A DNA stretch of 20,000 nucleotides from an uncultured virus (IMG/VR IMGVR_UViG_3300045609_000049) (Duplodnaviria; Heunggongvirae; Uroviricota; Caudoviricetes): IMG/VR virus record IMGVR_UViG_3300045609_000049, one strand, 5' to 3'. The first letter of the stretch is position 1. Every line of letters begins with the position of its first letter. This document shows, piece by piece, positions 1 through 8,553 of this stretch. The notes under the pieces are model-generated. The model worked only from the letters and a program-made list of their open reading frames with translations, made no database searches and had not been told where the DNA came from. The translations under genes and the position numbers were made by a program.

Positions 1-62
1 CAGGTAAGAGGCAATGCTTGGGTATATACAATGCTGAAGTAACTGGTGACGCAGAAGCGTGA
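1..62 (+). CDS. 3' end of an upstream hexapeptide-repeat (beta-helix) protein, truncated by the window; 1-nt slip near 27
   Basis: Frame 1 reads QVRGNAWVY then TMLK* (TAA 40-42). The repeat register continues in frame 3 as YNAEVTGDAEA* (TGA 60-62), matching the GNAxV repeats of the next two genes. Confidence 0.6.
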   Translation, partial: GKRQCLGIYNAEVTGDAEA

Positions 63-81
63 AGCTAAGGAGGTAGTTAAC

Positions 82-618
82 ATGCAAAAATATGAAATTA
101 TAACCGACCAAGAAGATGAAAACTACAGACACATTAGAGCTCTAACTGATTTTGATATTGTTAAAAAAGGCGACATTGGTGGTAAAATCGACAGCTATGA
201 CAATTTGTCGCAAGAAGGCAATTGCTGGGTAGGCTACGGTGCTAGAGTATGTGATGACGCTAAAGTATATGGCAATGCTGGAGTTTATGGCCATGCTAGG
301 ATATCTGACAATGCTAAAGTATGTAGCAGTGCGGAAGTATATGACAATGCTGAAGTATTTGGCACTGCTAAAATATATGGCAATGCTGGAGTATTTGGCT
401 ATGCTAAAGTGTGTAATGACGCTAAAGTATGTGACAATGCTTGGGTATATGGCTTTGCTAAAGTATATGGCAATGCTCAAGTGTATGACAATGCTCGAGT
501 GTATGACGAGGCTGAAGTGTACGGCAACGCTCAAGTGTACGGCAATGCTGGAGTATTTGGCCATGCTAAAATATATGGTAATGCTAATGTGTGCGGTGAT
601 GCTGAAGTACGAATATAA
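82..618 (+). CDS. Hexapeptide-repeat (left-handed beta-helix-like) phage protein, 178 aa
   Basis: RBS AAGGAGGT 67-74, ATG 82. N-terminal KYEI...IRALTDF..VKKGDIGG.I....NLSQEGNCWV domain is followed by about 20 [G/D]NAxV[Y/F/C] hexapeptides. Confidence 0.85.
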   Translation: MQKYEIITDQEDENYRHIRALTDFDIVKKGDIGGKIDSYDNLSQEGNCWVGYGARVCDDAKVYGNAGVYGHARISDNAKVCSSAEVYDNAEVFGTAKIYGNAGVFGYAKVCNDAKVCDNAWVYGFAKVYGNAQVYDNARVYDEAEVYGNAQVYGNAGVFGHAKIYGNANVCGDAEVRI

Positions 619-975
619 GGAGGAAATTAACATGAAAAAATACGAAATCATAACCGACCAAAATGACGAAAACTACAGTCACATTAGAGCTCTAACTGAT
701 TTTGGTGACGTAAAAAAGGGTGACATTGGCGGTAAAATCGACAGCTATGACAATTTGTCGCAAGAAGGCAATTGCTGGGTAGGCTACAATGCCGAAGTAT
801 CTGACAATGCTAAAATACTTGACAATGCTAAAGTGTATGGCAATGCTAAAGTATATGGCAAAGCTCAAGTGTATGACGAGGCTGAAGTGTACGGCAATGC
901 TAAAGTATATGACTTTGCTTGGGTATCGGGCAATGCTAAAGTATATGGCAACGCTAAAGTATTTGACGATGCTTA
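232..975 (+). repeat. Degenerate 18-nt coding tandem repeats (about 232-610 and 782-975)
   Basis: Unit approximately GRCAATGCTRAAGTRTAT, repeated in phase within both genes. Confidence 0.9.
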
Positions 976-1006
976 TATATCCACTATTCAAGTGTTTATT
1001 ACGTAG
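632..1006 (+). CDS. Paralogous hexapeptide-repeat protein, 124 aa
   Basis: RBS AAGGAGG, ATG 632. N-terminus is nearly identical to 82..618 (57-bp identical block 181-237 = 731-787) but has fewer repeats. The 239-631 part of the ORF-track entry is a shadow frame. Confidence 0.85.
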   Translation: MKKYEIITDQNDENYSHIRALTDFGDVKKGDIGGKIDSYDNLSQEGNCWVGYNAEVSDNAKILDNAKVYGNAKVYGKAQVYDEAEVYGNAKVYDFAWVSGNAKVYGNAKVFDDAYISTIQVFIT

Positions 1007-1071
1007 TTATAGCCTTGTAAATGTTAATTAAGAAGACTAAAATATGTCACTTAAATTCGTCGAGAAAACTA

Positions 1072-1100
1072 TTTACATCATTAAGTTTTCTTTTTATAAT
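1072..1100 (+). promoter_or_regulatory. Sigma70/SigA-type promoter upstream of the RM-like operon
   Basis: TTTACA (1072-1077), 17-nt spacer, TATAAT (1095-1100); RBS GAAAGGA and ATG 1123 follow. Confidence 0.7.
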
Positions 1101-1122
1101 ATAATTGAAAGGAAATTATACA

Positions 1123-2172
1123 ATGTCACTATTAGATAAAATAACTAAACAGAAAGAGTATTATTCAGCTCATCCTGAAGAAGCTAATAAAAGAAAAGAA
1201 GAAGCTGAACGACGTAAAGCTGAAGAACAAGCTAAACGCGAAGCAGATCGCCTAGCGGAAGAAAAACGTCTAAAAGAAGCTAATGCAAAAGAAGTTAAAA
1301 AGTCATCTACTGCAAAGTCTAAACCTGTTAAAATTTCTAAATCTGTTAAACTAGTTAAGGTTGAAATAGAAGTAGAGCCATTACTTACTGAAAAGCAAGG
1401 TATTTATAAGTATATACCAGACCTTTTAGTAGATAAGACTACTGGTGAAAATATTATCTTTGCAGAAGATGAATATGAAGGTTATGGTTTGACTGACCTT
1501 TATACTGAAGATATAATGAAAGAACTTATTGCCTCAAAACAACTAAATTATAGAGTACGAAAGTCTCTTGAACATCAGAAATCTAGAACAAAGAAGAATG
1601 CTGAGGTTTTCACTCCTAGTTGGATTTGTAAACAGATGATTGACATGTGTGAGCCACCTGAAGATTGGCAAGAGTTTGTTCAGTCTACTTGGCTCGAGAT
1701 TACCTGCGGCGAAGGAGTATTTTTAGTATCTCCTTATGATGCTACTACTGGTGAAGAAATTAAATTAAAAGATAGAATTGGTGTTCTTGATAGAAAATTA
1801 CAGGCTATTAATAAACACATTAAACAAGAAGATTATAAAGATGAGAGATCATATAAAGGGGCTTGGATGCAGTGGGTAATTAAAGCTTATCAAACTACTT
1901 ATGGATATGAATTGCAAGGTGATAATTTATTCATTGCTAGAGTTAATTTATTACAAACTTTCTTTGATTATTTTGAAGATAAATGGGATTATCAGGTATC
2001 TAATCCTAAAACAATTGAAAAAATAATTGAAATAATTACATATAATATATGGCAGATGGATGGATTAAAAGATGTAATACCAATGACTGACATTCCTGCT
2101 AAGATAATGGATTGGCAAACAAATGAATTTATTGAATTTAGATCTTGTAAGGAGTCTATATGCCTATTATAA
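1123..2172 (+). CDS. RM-associated methyltransferase N-terminal half (SAM-binding motifs X/I/II, no NPPY) with a charged coiled-coil N-terminal extension
   Basis: KKNAEVFTPSWI (motif X), WLEITCGEGVFL (motif I-like), YGYELQGDNLFIAR (motif II), NIWQMDGL. No catalytic NPPY/DPPY. The first ~80 aa are E/K/R/A-rich. Confidence 0.75.
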   Translation: MSLLDKITKQKEYYSAHPEEANKRKEEAERRKAEEQAKREADRLAEEKRLKEANAKEVKKSSTAKSKPVKISKSVKLVKVEIEVEPLLTEKQGIYKYIPDLLVDKTTGENIIFAEDEYEGYGLTDLYTEDIMKELIASKQLNYRVRKSLEHQKSRTKKNAEVFTPSWICKQMIDMCEPPEDWQEFVQSTWLEITCGEGVFLVSPYDATTGEEIKLKDRIGVLDRKLQAINKHIKQEDYKDERSYKGAWMQWVIKAYQTTYGYELQGDNLFIARVNLLQTFFDYFEDKWDYQVSNPKTIEKIIEIITYNIWQMDGLKDVIPMTDIPAKIMDWQTNEFIEFRSCKESICLL

Positions 2173-2200
2173 ACATAGTTAATAGAAAGGAATCTAGAAT

Positions 2201-3205
2201 ATGAAATTTTCATATGCAATCGGTAATCCGCCATACCAAGAAAGTCAAAATGGTAATAATACTCAAATTTGGCCAAAATTTATTGAAGAAACTAATAAAA
2301 TAACAAGTACTCAATGTATGGTTCATCCTGGTAGATGGGTTATTCCAAAAGATAATATGAAAAAAGTAAGACAAAATTTAATAGATTTAGGATTAGCATC
2401 TTTTAAATTTTATCCATGTTCTGAAGATGTTTTTAGTGGAGTATCTATAGATGGCGGAATAACTATTACGCGTATAAAACAAGGAAATCATAATATAAGT
2501 TATTATGTAAATAACGATTATAAAGGGGAATATAAAATTACAGATATTATTTTTCCAGGTAGTTATATGGAAGAAGCATATAATAAAGTATTTAATAATA
2601 TTAAAACTAATATGATGAAATATATTATTGGTGAATCTGGTAAATATGGAACCGGTGGTGGATATAATAAATCATTACATAACAATATTTTAAAAGATTC
2701 ATTAAATAATATGAAAAATCCTATTAAAATTTGGGCTTCAAAGGGATTTGGAAAAGGAGAATCTAGATTTAATTGGTATTATATTGAAAAAGAAGAGCTT
2801 ATAGATCCACCTGATATTTTTAATACTCGAAAGGTCATGATAGACTCGAAAGGTCATGCTATTGCTCATGGTAAAGGTAACGTAATCAATAATTTACCTC
2901 AAATTTGCGATAAAAATGTATCTGGTAATGCTGTATTTTTTATTATACCTAAAAATGACAGCGAGAGAGAGTTACAGCTTATTAAATCTTTATTTATGAC
3001 TAAAACTGCTCGTTATCTTATGTGTATAACTATGAATAGCTTGCACGTTCGCGGATTTGAAAACATACCTGATTATCTAGAGCTCGCCAAGTTATTACCA
3101 GAAGATGAGTTATTTACTGATAAGTGGTTTTATAAGACATTTGATTTTAGTAAAGAACTCATTGAAGATATAGAGACTAGAGTCTCACCGAAAGTAGAAA
3201 AGTAG
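2201..3205 (+). CDS. N6-adenine MTase catalytic half + target recognition domain (Eco57I-methylase-like), copy A
   Basis: Begins MKFSYAIGNPPYQ (motif IV), then CMVHPGRW and DVFSGVSIDGGI (motif VIII-like). No SAM-binding motif I. Confidence 0.8.
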   Translation: MKFSYAIGNPPYQESQNGNNTQIWPKFIEETNKITSTQCMVHPGRWVIPKDNMKKVRQNLIDLGLASFKFYPCSEDVFSGVSIDGGITITRIKQGNHNISYYVNNDYKGEYKITDIIFPGSYMEEAYNKVFNNIKTNMMKYIIGESGKYGTGGGYNKSLHNNILKDSLNNMKNPIKIWASKGFGKGESRFNWYYIEKEELIDPPDIFNTRKVMIDSKGHAIAHGKGNVINNLPQICDKNVSGNAVFFIIPKNDSERELQLIKSLFMTKTARYLMCITMNSLHVRGFENIPDYLELAKLLPEDELFTDKWFYKTFDFSKELIEDIETRVSPKVEK

Positions 3206-3227
3206 AAAAGTAAAAAGGAGAAAAGAT

Positions 3228-4253
3228 ATGCGTTTTGATTTTTGCATAGGTAATCCGCCGTATCAAGAGCAAAAAGGTGGAACTAAAAATGTTGATATAT
3301 GGCCAGAATTTGTAAAAGAATCGACTAAGATTGCAGATACATCCTGTATGATTCATCCTGGTAGATGGGTTATTCCTAAAAAATACATGAAAAAGGTACA
3401 ACTATCATTATTATCATTAGGTATGACTAACTTTAATTATTTTCCAAATTCTAATGATGTTTTTGGTAATGTTTCCGTTGACGGCGGTATATCTATTACC
3501 TTATTTAACTCTGACTCTAATGGAGATACTCATTATAGTATTAGCGGAGAAGATAAAGGTATTTTTAACCCAGATGAAAAAATATTCTCTAATAAGTTTG
3601 AAGAAGAAGCTTATATTAAAGTATTTACCAGTATTAAAACAAATATGGAAGCATATAGATATGGAAGAATGGCTTTTGATGGTGGTCAATATGGCTATGA
3701 TAAAAAGATAAATAGAGATAAAGTATTTGACAAACCTGATGGTATGAGACATCCAATTAAAGTCTGGTGTTCTACTGAATTTGGAAAAGGAGAATCAGAA
3801 TACAAATGGAGATATATTGATAAAACAGATTTATTAGATTTTTCTGAAGAAAAATTATTTAGTTCTAAAAAAGTAATGATTGACAGTAAAGGTCATGCTA
3901 TTGCACATGGTAAAGGTAACATAATAAATAACTTACCCGTTATTTGTGATAGAGAAACAACTGCTGGCCCTGGAGTATACTGGTTCTTTCCAAAACATGA
4001 GATAGAGAGAGAGTTACAGCTTATTAAGTCATTGTTTATAACCAAGACAGCACGTTATCTTATGTGCATCACACAAAAGTCATTGTACGTAGCTGGCTTT
4101 GAAAACATACCAGATTATCTTGAGCTGGCTAAACTTTTACCTGAATATGAGTTATTTACAGACAAATGGTTCTATAAGACCTTTGATTTTAGCGACGGTC
4201 TTATAAATGAGATTGAAACTAGAGTTAGTCAAAAAGTAGATAAGGAGGTGTAA
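3228..4253 (+). CDS. N6-adenine MTase catalytic half + TRD, copy B (paralog of 2201..3205)
   Basis: MRFDFCIGNPPYQ, CMIHPGRWVIPK, DVFGNVSVDGGI. Shares KVMIDSKGHAIAHGKGN and the C-terminal ~70 aa with copy A. RBS AAGGAG. Confidence 0.8.
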   Translation: MRFDFCIGNPPYQEQKGGTKNVDIWPEFVKESTKIADTSCMIHPGRWVIPKKYMKKVQLSLLSLGMTNFNYFPNSNDVFGNVSVDGGISITLFNSDSNGDTHYSISGEDKGIFNPDEKIFSNKFEEEAYIKVFTSIKTNMEAYRYGRMAFDGGQYGYDKKINRDKVFDKPDGMRHPIKVWCSTEFGKGESEYKWRYIDKTDLLDFSEEKLFSSKKVMIDSKGHAIAHGKGNIINNLPVICDRETTAGPGVYWFFPKHEIERELQLIKSLFITKTARYLMCITQKSLYVAGFENIPDYLELAKLLPEYELFTDKWFYKTFDFSDGLINEIETRVSQKVDKEV

Positions 4254-4256
4254 AGA

Positions 4257-7200
4257 ATGAATATAAAACCTAATAGTGTAATAAGACCTACAATATATTG
4301 TTACACCACTCCTAACGATAAAGAACATGAGGGATGGTGTAAGATAGGTTACACTGATAGAGATACTGCAGAGCATTGTGTCTACACGCAGACTAGACGT
4401 TCTGATACTCAAGCAAAATTAGAATGGGAAAGTCAAGCAGTATTTGAGAATGGTTCTTATCAGACATTTATGGACCATGATTTTCATAAGTATCTGATTG
4501 CTTGTGGAATAGAAAGAAAAGAATCTGTATATGAAGGAAAGAAAGCGCCTGAGTATTTTAAGATTACACCTGAAAAAGCTAGAGAGCTATTATTCCAGTT
4601 CAAATCTCTAGTAGAACCTGCGAAAGCAATTAGTAACGATTATGTCCTTAGAGAAGAACAGGATAGGGCTGTAAATCTTACTATGGACGTAATGTCAAAA
4701 GAAGGTAGACATGAGGTTCTTTTGAATGCTAAGCCAAGATTTGGTAAGACTTTGACTGTATATAATTATTGTCAGCGAGAAAACTTTAAAAGAATCTTGA
4801 TTGTTACTAATAGACCTGTAATTGCTACTTCTTGGTATAATGACTATGTCAAGTTCTTAAATACCGACAAATACAGATTTGTAAGTAACTGCGCTGAAGT
4901 CAAGAACAGGCAGTATTGTATTTCTAGAGAAGACTGGGATAAGACTGACAAAGAAGATTATAATCTTATAGAGTTCATTTCTTTGCAGGATTTAAAGGGT
5001 TCAAAGTATTTTGGAGGTCAGTTTAATAAGTTAAAAGAAGTCGCTGATATTGGTTGGGATATACTTGTTATTGATGAATCTCATGAAGGTGTAGAAACGT
5101 TTAAGTCTGAAATTGCCTTTAAGCATATAAATAGAGAAAGAACTATCTATCTTTCGGGTACACCATTCAAACAGGTTGCTGGAGATAAGTTTGAAAAAGG
5201 TTCTATCTTCAACTGGACCTATGCTGATGAACAAGAGCGTAAAGCGGCTTGGGATTATGATATTGATGATGTCAATCCTTATGAAGAGCTTCCTCAGATG
5301 AATCTATTTACGTATAGACTTACTGATATGTTCAAGAAGCCTACTGATATGGATGTGGCAGACGTTGATAAGTATTTTGATTTGAATGAGTTCTTTGAAT
5401 GTAATGGTAGAGCTTTTGTAAATAATGAAGACATTGACATTTTCTTAGATAAACTTGCAAATGACCCTCGTTATCCTTTTGCTAATAAAGAGTTCGATGG
5501 TCTTATCAATCATTCACTTTGGTTATTAGATAGAGTCAACTCTGCAAAGGCTCTAGCAAGAAAACTAAAAGAACATCCCAAGTTCAGTCAATACAAGGTA
5601 ATAATTGCTGCTGGAGATGGTAAGATTGATGATGCTGAGAAAGTAGATAAGTCTTTTAATGAGGTTGTAGATGCAATTGCTAAATATGAGAAAACTATCA
5701 CTTTATCAGTTGGTCAGTTAACTACTGGTGTTACAATTCCAGAATGGTCCGCAGTGTTTATGTTATGTAATGTAAAGAGTCCTTCTTTATATATACAGGC
5801 GACATTTAGAGCTCAGAATCCATGTAAGACAAGATTAAGTGATGGTTCTTATATACAGAAAGATAATGCTTATGTATTTGATTTTGACCCTGCTAGAACT
5901 CTTAACGTAATGGAACAGTATGCAAATAACTTATACACTGACACGGCAGATGGTAAAGGTACAGAAGCTAAGAGATTAGAAAATATTGAACGCTTGATTA
6001 AGTATTTTCCTATCTATGGTGAAAATGATAATGGTGAATTAGTTGCTTATAATGCTAAAGACGTTGTTACTATTCCATCTAAAATCAAAGCTATTGAAAT
6101 TGTTAAACATGGTTTTATGTCTAACTTTTTATTCCAAAATATTGGTAGACTATTCAATGATAGTCATGCATTAGCGATTTTAGGTAATGTTAAGTCTCAA
6201 GCGCAATATAGACTTACTACTCAGCCTAAATATAATGAAGATGGTAGTAATGAAATAGAGGATGAAGACAAGATTGATGAACAAGCTGAAACTTTACTGG
6301 AAGAAGTAAAAGACGATAGCCTTCAGAGTGACCAGAATGAATTTCAGGAAACTACAAATAAACAGATTATAGATTTTATAACCACAGTAAAAGCTGATGC
6401 CAGAGAAGAATCTGAGAAACGGGAGAAAGCTCACAATGCCTATATAGACGAAAGAGTTGACAATGCTAAGAAAGTAGTTACTGCAGCCTTAGATAAGTCA
6501 GGCTCGACGATATACAATAAGGCAAAGATAGAAAAAGATGTAACTGACGGCCTTAAAGCAAAACTTACAGAATCACGAATCAATTATGATATTGACTGTG
6601 TAAAACGTAAAGAAGAATATAATAAAGTTATGGGTCAGGCTACTTCTAAAGAAGAAATGAAAGAACTAACTGTAAAACAGGCTCAAGCTGATGCAGACGC
6701 TGAACTTGAACACATGTTTGAAATGAAGTTAATTGAGAACAACTTCAACAAATCAATTATTTCCGATACTATCAAGGAATCAAAAGAAACTCTACAAGCT
6801 AAAGAAAACAAGAAAGCTGAAAATGAGTTTGCATATCCTAAACTTAGGGCATTCTCAAGAGCTATTCCTTCTTTCTTAATGGCGTATGGTGATGAGACAA
6901 CTACCTGTAAAACATTAGCTAGAGCTATCAATAGCGAAATGTTTAAGGAAATGACTGGTATTGATTTGGCTGACTATGTTTACTTTATAGACCAGGAATA
7001 TTTCAATGAAGCTATTTTCAACTCATCAATTCAAGAATTCTTAAATCTAAAAGATAAACTAAGTAACTACTTTGAGGACACTGAGGAAGATATTTTTGAC
7101 TATATTCCACCTCAGAAAACTAACCAAATCTTTACACCTAAGAAGACTGTTAAAATGATGGTTGACTTCTTAGAACAGAATGACGCTGGTTGTTTTGATG

Positions 7201-7508
7201 ACCCTAATCATACTTTCATTGACCCTTATATGAAATCAGGTCTTTATATTGCTGAAATAGTTACTAGACTTTTCAATAATGAAAATATAAAGAAAGCTTA
7301 TCCAGATGATAAAGAAAGACTAAAACATATCTTTGAAAAACAAGTATATGGTTTAGCTCCGACTGAAATTCTTTATAAGATAACAACTAACTTCATATTT
7401 GGTTTTGATAAAGATGGTAAGTATGATAGAAGTCACTTTGTTCAATTAGATGCTGACCAATATGTCGGCGGTAAGCTAGAAGAAAAACTTACTGAGTTAT
7501 TTGGTTAA
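4257..7508 (+). CDS. GIY-YIG(T5orf172-like) nuclease - SF2 helicase/ATPase (Res-like) - coiled linker - MTase SAM-binding half fusion, 1083 aa
   Basis: N-terminal TIYCY...KIGYT...DHDFHKYL...EYF. Walker A NAKPRFGKT, Walker B VIDESHEG, LSGTP, QLTTGVTIPEW, YIQATFRAQNP. C-terminal QIFTPKK..., FIDPYMKSGLY, QVYGLAPTE. RBS AAGGAGG. Confidence 0.85.
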   Translation: MNIKPNSVIRPTIYCYTTPNDKEHEGWCKIGYTDRDTAEHCVYTQTRRSDTQAKLEWESQAVFENGSYQTFMDHDFHKYLIACGIERKESVYEGKKAPEYFKITPEKARELLFQFKSLVEPAKAISNDYVLREEQDRAVNLTMDVMSKEGRHEVLLNAKPRFGKTLTVYNYCQRENFKRILIVTNRPVIATSWYNDYVKFLNTDKYRFVSNCAEVKNRQYCISREDWDKTDKEDYNLIEFISLQDLKGSKYFGGQFNKLKEVADIGWDILVIDESHEGVETFKSEIAFKHINRERTIYLSGTPFKQVAGDKFEKGSIFNWTYADEQERKAAWDYDIDDVNPYEELPQMNLFTYRLTDMFKKPTDMDVADVDKYFDLNEFFECNGRAFVNNEDIDIFLDKLANDPRYPFANKEFDGLINHSLWLLDRVNSAKALARKLKEHPKFSQYKVIIAAGDGKIDDAEKVDKSFNEVVDAIAKYEKTITLSVGQLTTGVTIPEWSAVFMLCNVKSPSLYIQATFRAQNPCKTRLSDGSYIQKDNAYVFDFDPARTLNVMEQYANNLYTDTADGKGTEAKRLENIERLIKYFPIYGENDNGELVAYNAKDVVTIPSKIKAIEIVKHGFMSNFLFQNIGRLFNDSHALAILGNVKSQAQYRLTTQPKYNEDGSNEIEDEDKIDEQAETLLEEVKDDSLQSDQNEFQETTNKQIIDFITTVKADAREESEKREKAHNAYIDERVDNAKKVVTAALDKSGSTIYNKAKIEKDVTDGLKAKLTESRINYDIDCVKRKEEYNKVMGQATSKEEMKELTVKQAQADADAELEHMFEMKLIENNFNKSIISDTIKESKETLQAKENKKAENEFAYPKLRAFSRAIPSFLMAYGDETTTCKTLARAINSEMFKEMTGIDLADYVYFIDQEYFNEAIFNSSIQEFLNLKDKLSNYFEDTEEDIFDYIPPQKTNQIFTPKKTVKMMVDFLEQNDAGCFDDPNHTFIDPYMKSGLYIAEIVTRLFNNENIKKAYPDDKERLKHIFEKQVYGLAPTEILYKITTNFIFGFDKDGKYDRSHFVQLDADQYVGGKLEEKLTELFG

Positions 7509-7671
7509 ATTTAAGGCTTCTGGTTAAGCTGATTATGATGATAGTAATATTGAAGAATTATTAGATTGTATGTCTAATGAAGATATATTATTATAAGATG
7601 TATTTTTGTTTAGAAGACGAACTATATGGTATGCATCAGTTTTATAAAAATAAGAATGGAGATGAACAATT

Positions 7672-7971
7672 ATGGGAATATTGAGCGGTCTTAAAGCAGT
7701 CAATTCAGAACATTTTAGATTTGATAATTATGAAAGTAATTGGTGGTATATACTTGATATATCTTATGCTAATTCTATGAGTAAAGAAATTATAAAACGA
7801 TGTATTTTAGATTATGCAATAGGATATTGTGATGGCAGTAGAATAACAGTTAGACCTAATTTAAACTCGTATGCAATATTGTTTGAAAAAGATGGAGAAC
7901 AATTTTGGTTTCATGTAGAAAAATGGTTTATTGAAGAATGTGCAACTAATTTAGAGAATGAAGATTATTAG
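7672..7971 (+). CDS. Hypothetical protein, 99 aa
   Basis: ORF with upstream GGAG; no recognised motif. Confidence 0.6.
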   Translation: MGILSGLKAVNSEHFRFDNYESNWWYILDISYANSMSKEIIKRCILDYAIGYCDGSRITVRPNLNSYAILFEKDGEQFWFHVEKWFIEECATNLENEDY

Positions 7972-8108
7972 GATGTTAGATATGTTACAAATACGAAATT
8001 CTATTTTTTGAAACTAATAAGTATAAGGATCATCCAGAAGATATGGGAGTTCCTGATGGTTGGAACAAAGAAGTACTTAAATTTGCTACAGAACTGATTT
8101 CACTGTAG
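7958..8108 (+). pseudogene. Possible small gene frameshifted at T6 (8004-8009)
   Basis: MKIIRMLDMLQIRNSIF joins ETNKYKDHPEDMGVPDGWNKEVLKFATELISL if one T is removed. It then meets TAG TAG at 8106-8111, after which the frame stays open to TGA 8213. Confidence 0.35.
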
Positions 8109-8205
8109 TAGAATGGGGTAGTAGAGAAGCTAAATAAAGAGCTATTTAATTATATAAGTAATTTGTCAAATTATTGTAGAAAATCAATTAAAAAAAGGAG
8201 ATACT

Positions 8206-8541
8206 ATGATTGAAGTAATTTTCAGTGAAGGTGATTTCACATTATGTAAAGAAGATGGTATTGGAATAAGTGATACGCCTTGGGAAGGTCTTATCGTAAA
8301 AAGTTCTGATGCAGCTGAAAAGCACGTAGTAGAAGTTAGACTCTACAGAGTTGGTCATCCACCTTTTGATGGTACGCCTGTTAAGTATAGATACGATCCT
8401 GAGAGAACTGAAATCTCGCATGGTATGCGTATGCGAGTAGATACATTTGCAGATACTGAAGAGTATATTAAAGTTCTTGAGGCAGCTTTAGCGTTTGCTA
8501 AACGAGTTAACCAATACATTATTGATAGTGATTGGACATAA
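8206..8541 (+). CDS. Hypothetical phage protein, 111 aa
   Basis: RBS AAGGAG, ATG 8206. Confidence 0.75.
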   Translation: MIEVIFSEGDFTLCKEDGIGISDTPWEGLIVKSSDAAEKHVVEVRLYRVGHPPFDGTPVKYRYDPERTEISHGMRMRVDTFADTEEYIKVLEAALAFAKRVNQYIIDSDWT

Positions 8542-8553
8542 GGAGGAATTACT

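Noticed and set aside
232..975. CRISPR array or DGR template/variable repeat
   Set aside because: Units are contiguous, coding and spacer-less. No reverse transcriptase is in the window, and differences are not clearly adenine-restricted.
142..1031. Long alternative-frame and antisense ORFs (MLKY.. repeats 239-631 and 789-1031; minus-strand 142-651 and 692-991)
   Set aside because: They are shadows of a stop-free 18-nt repeat, have no RBS, and the GNAxV frame has proper RBS and starts.
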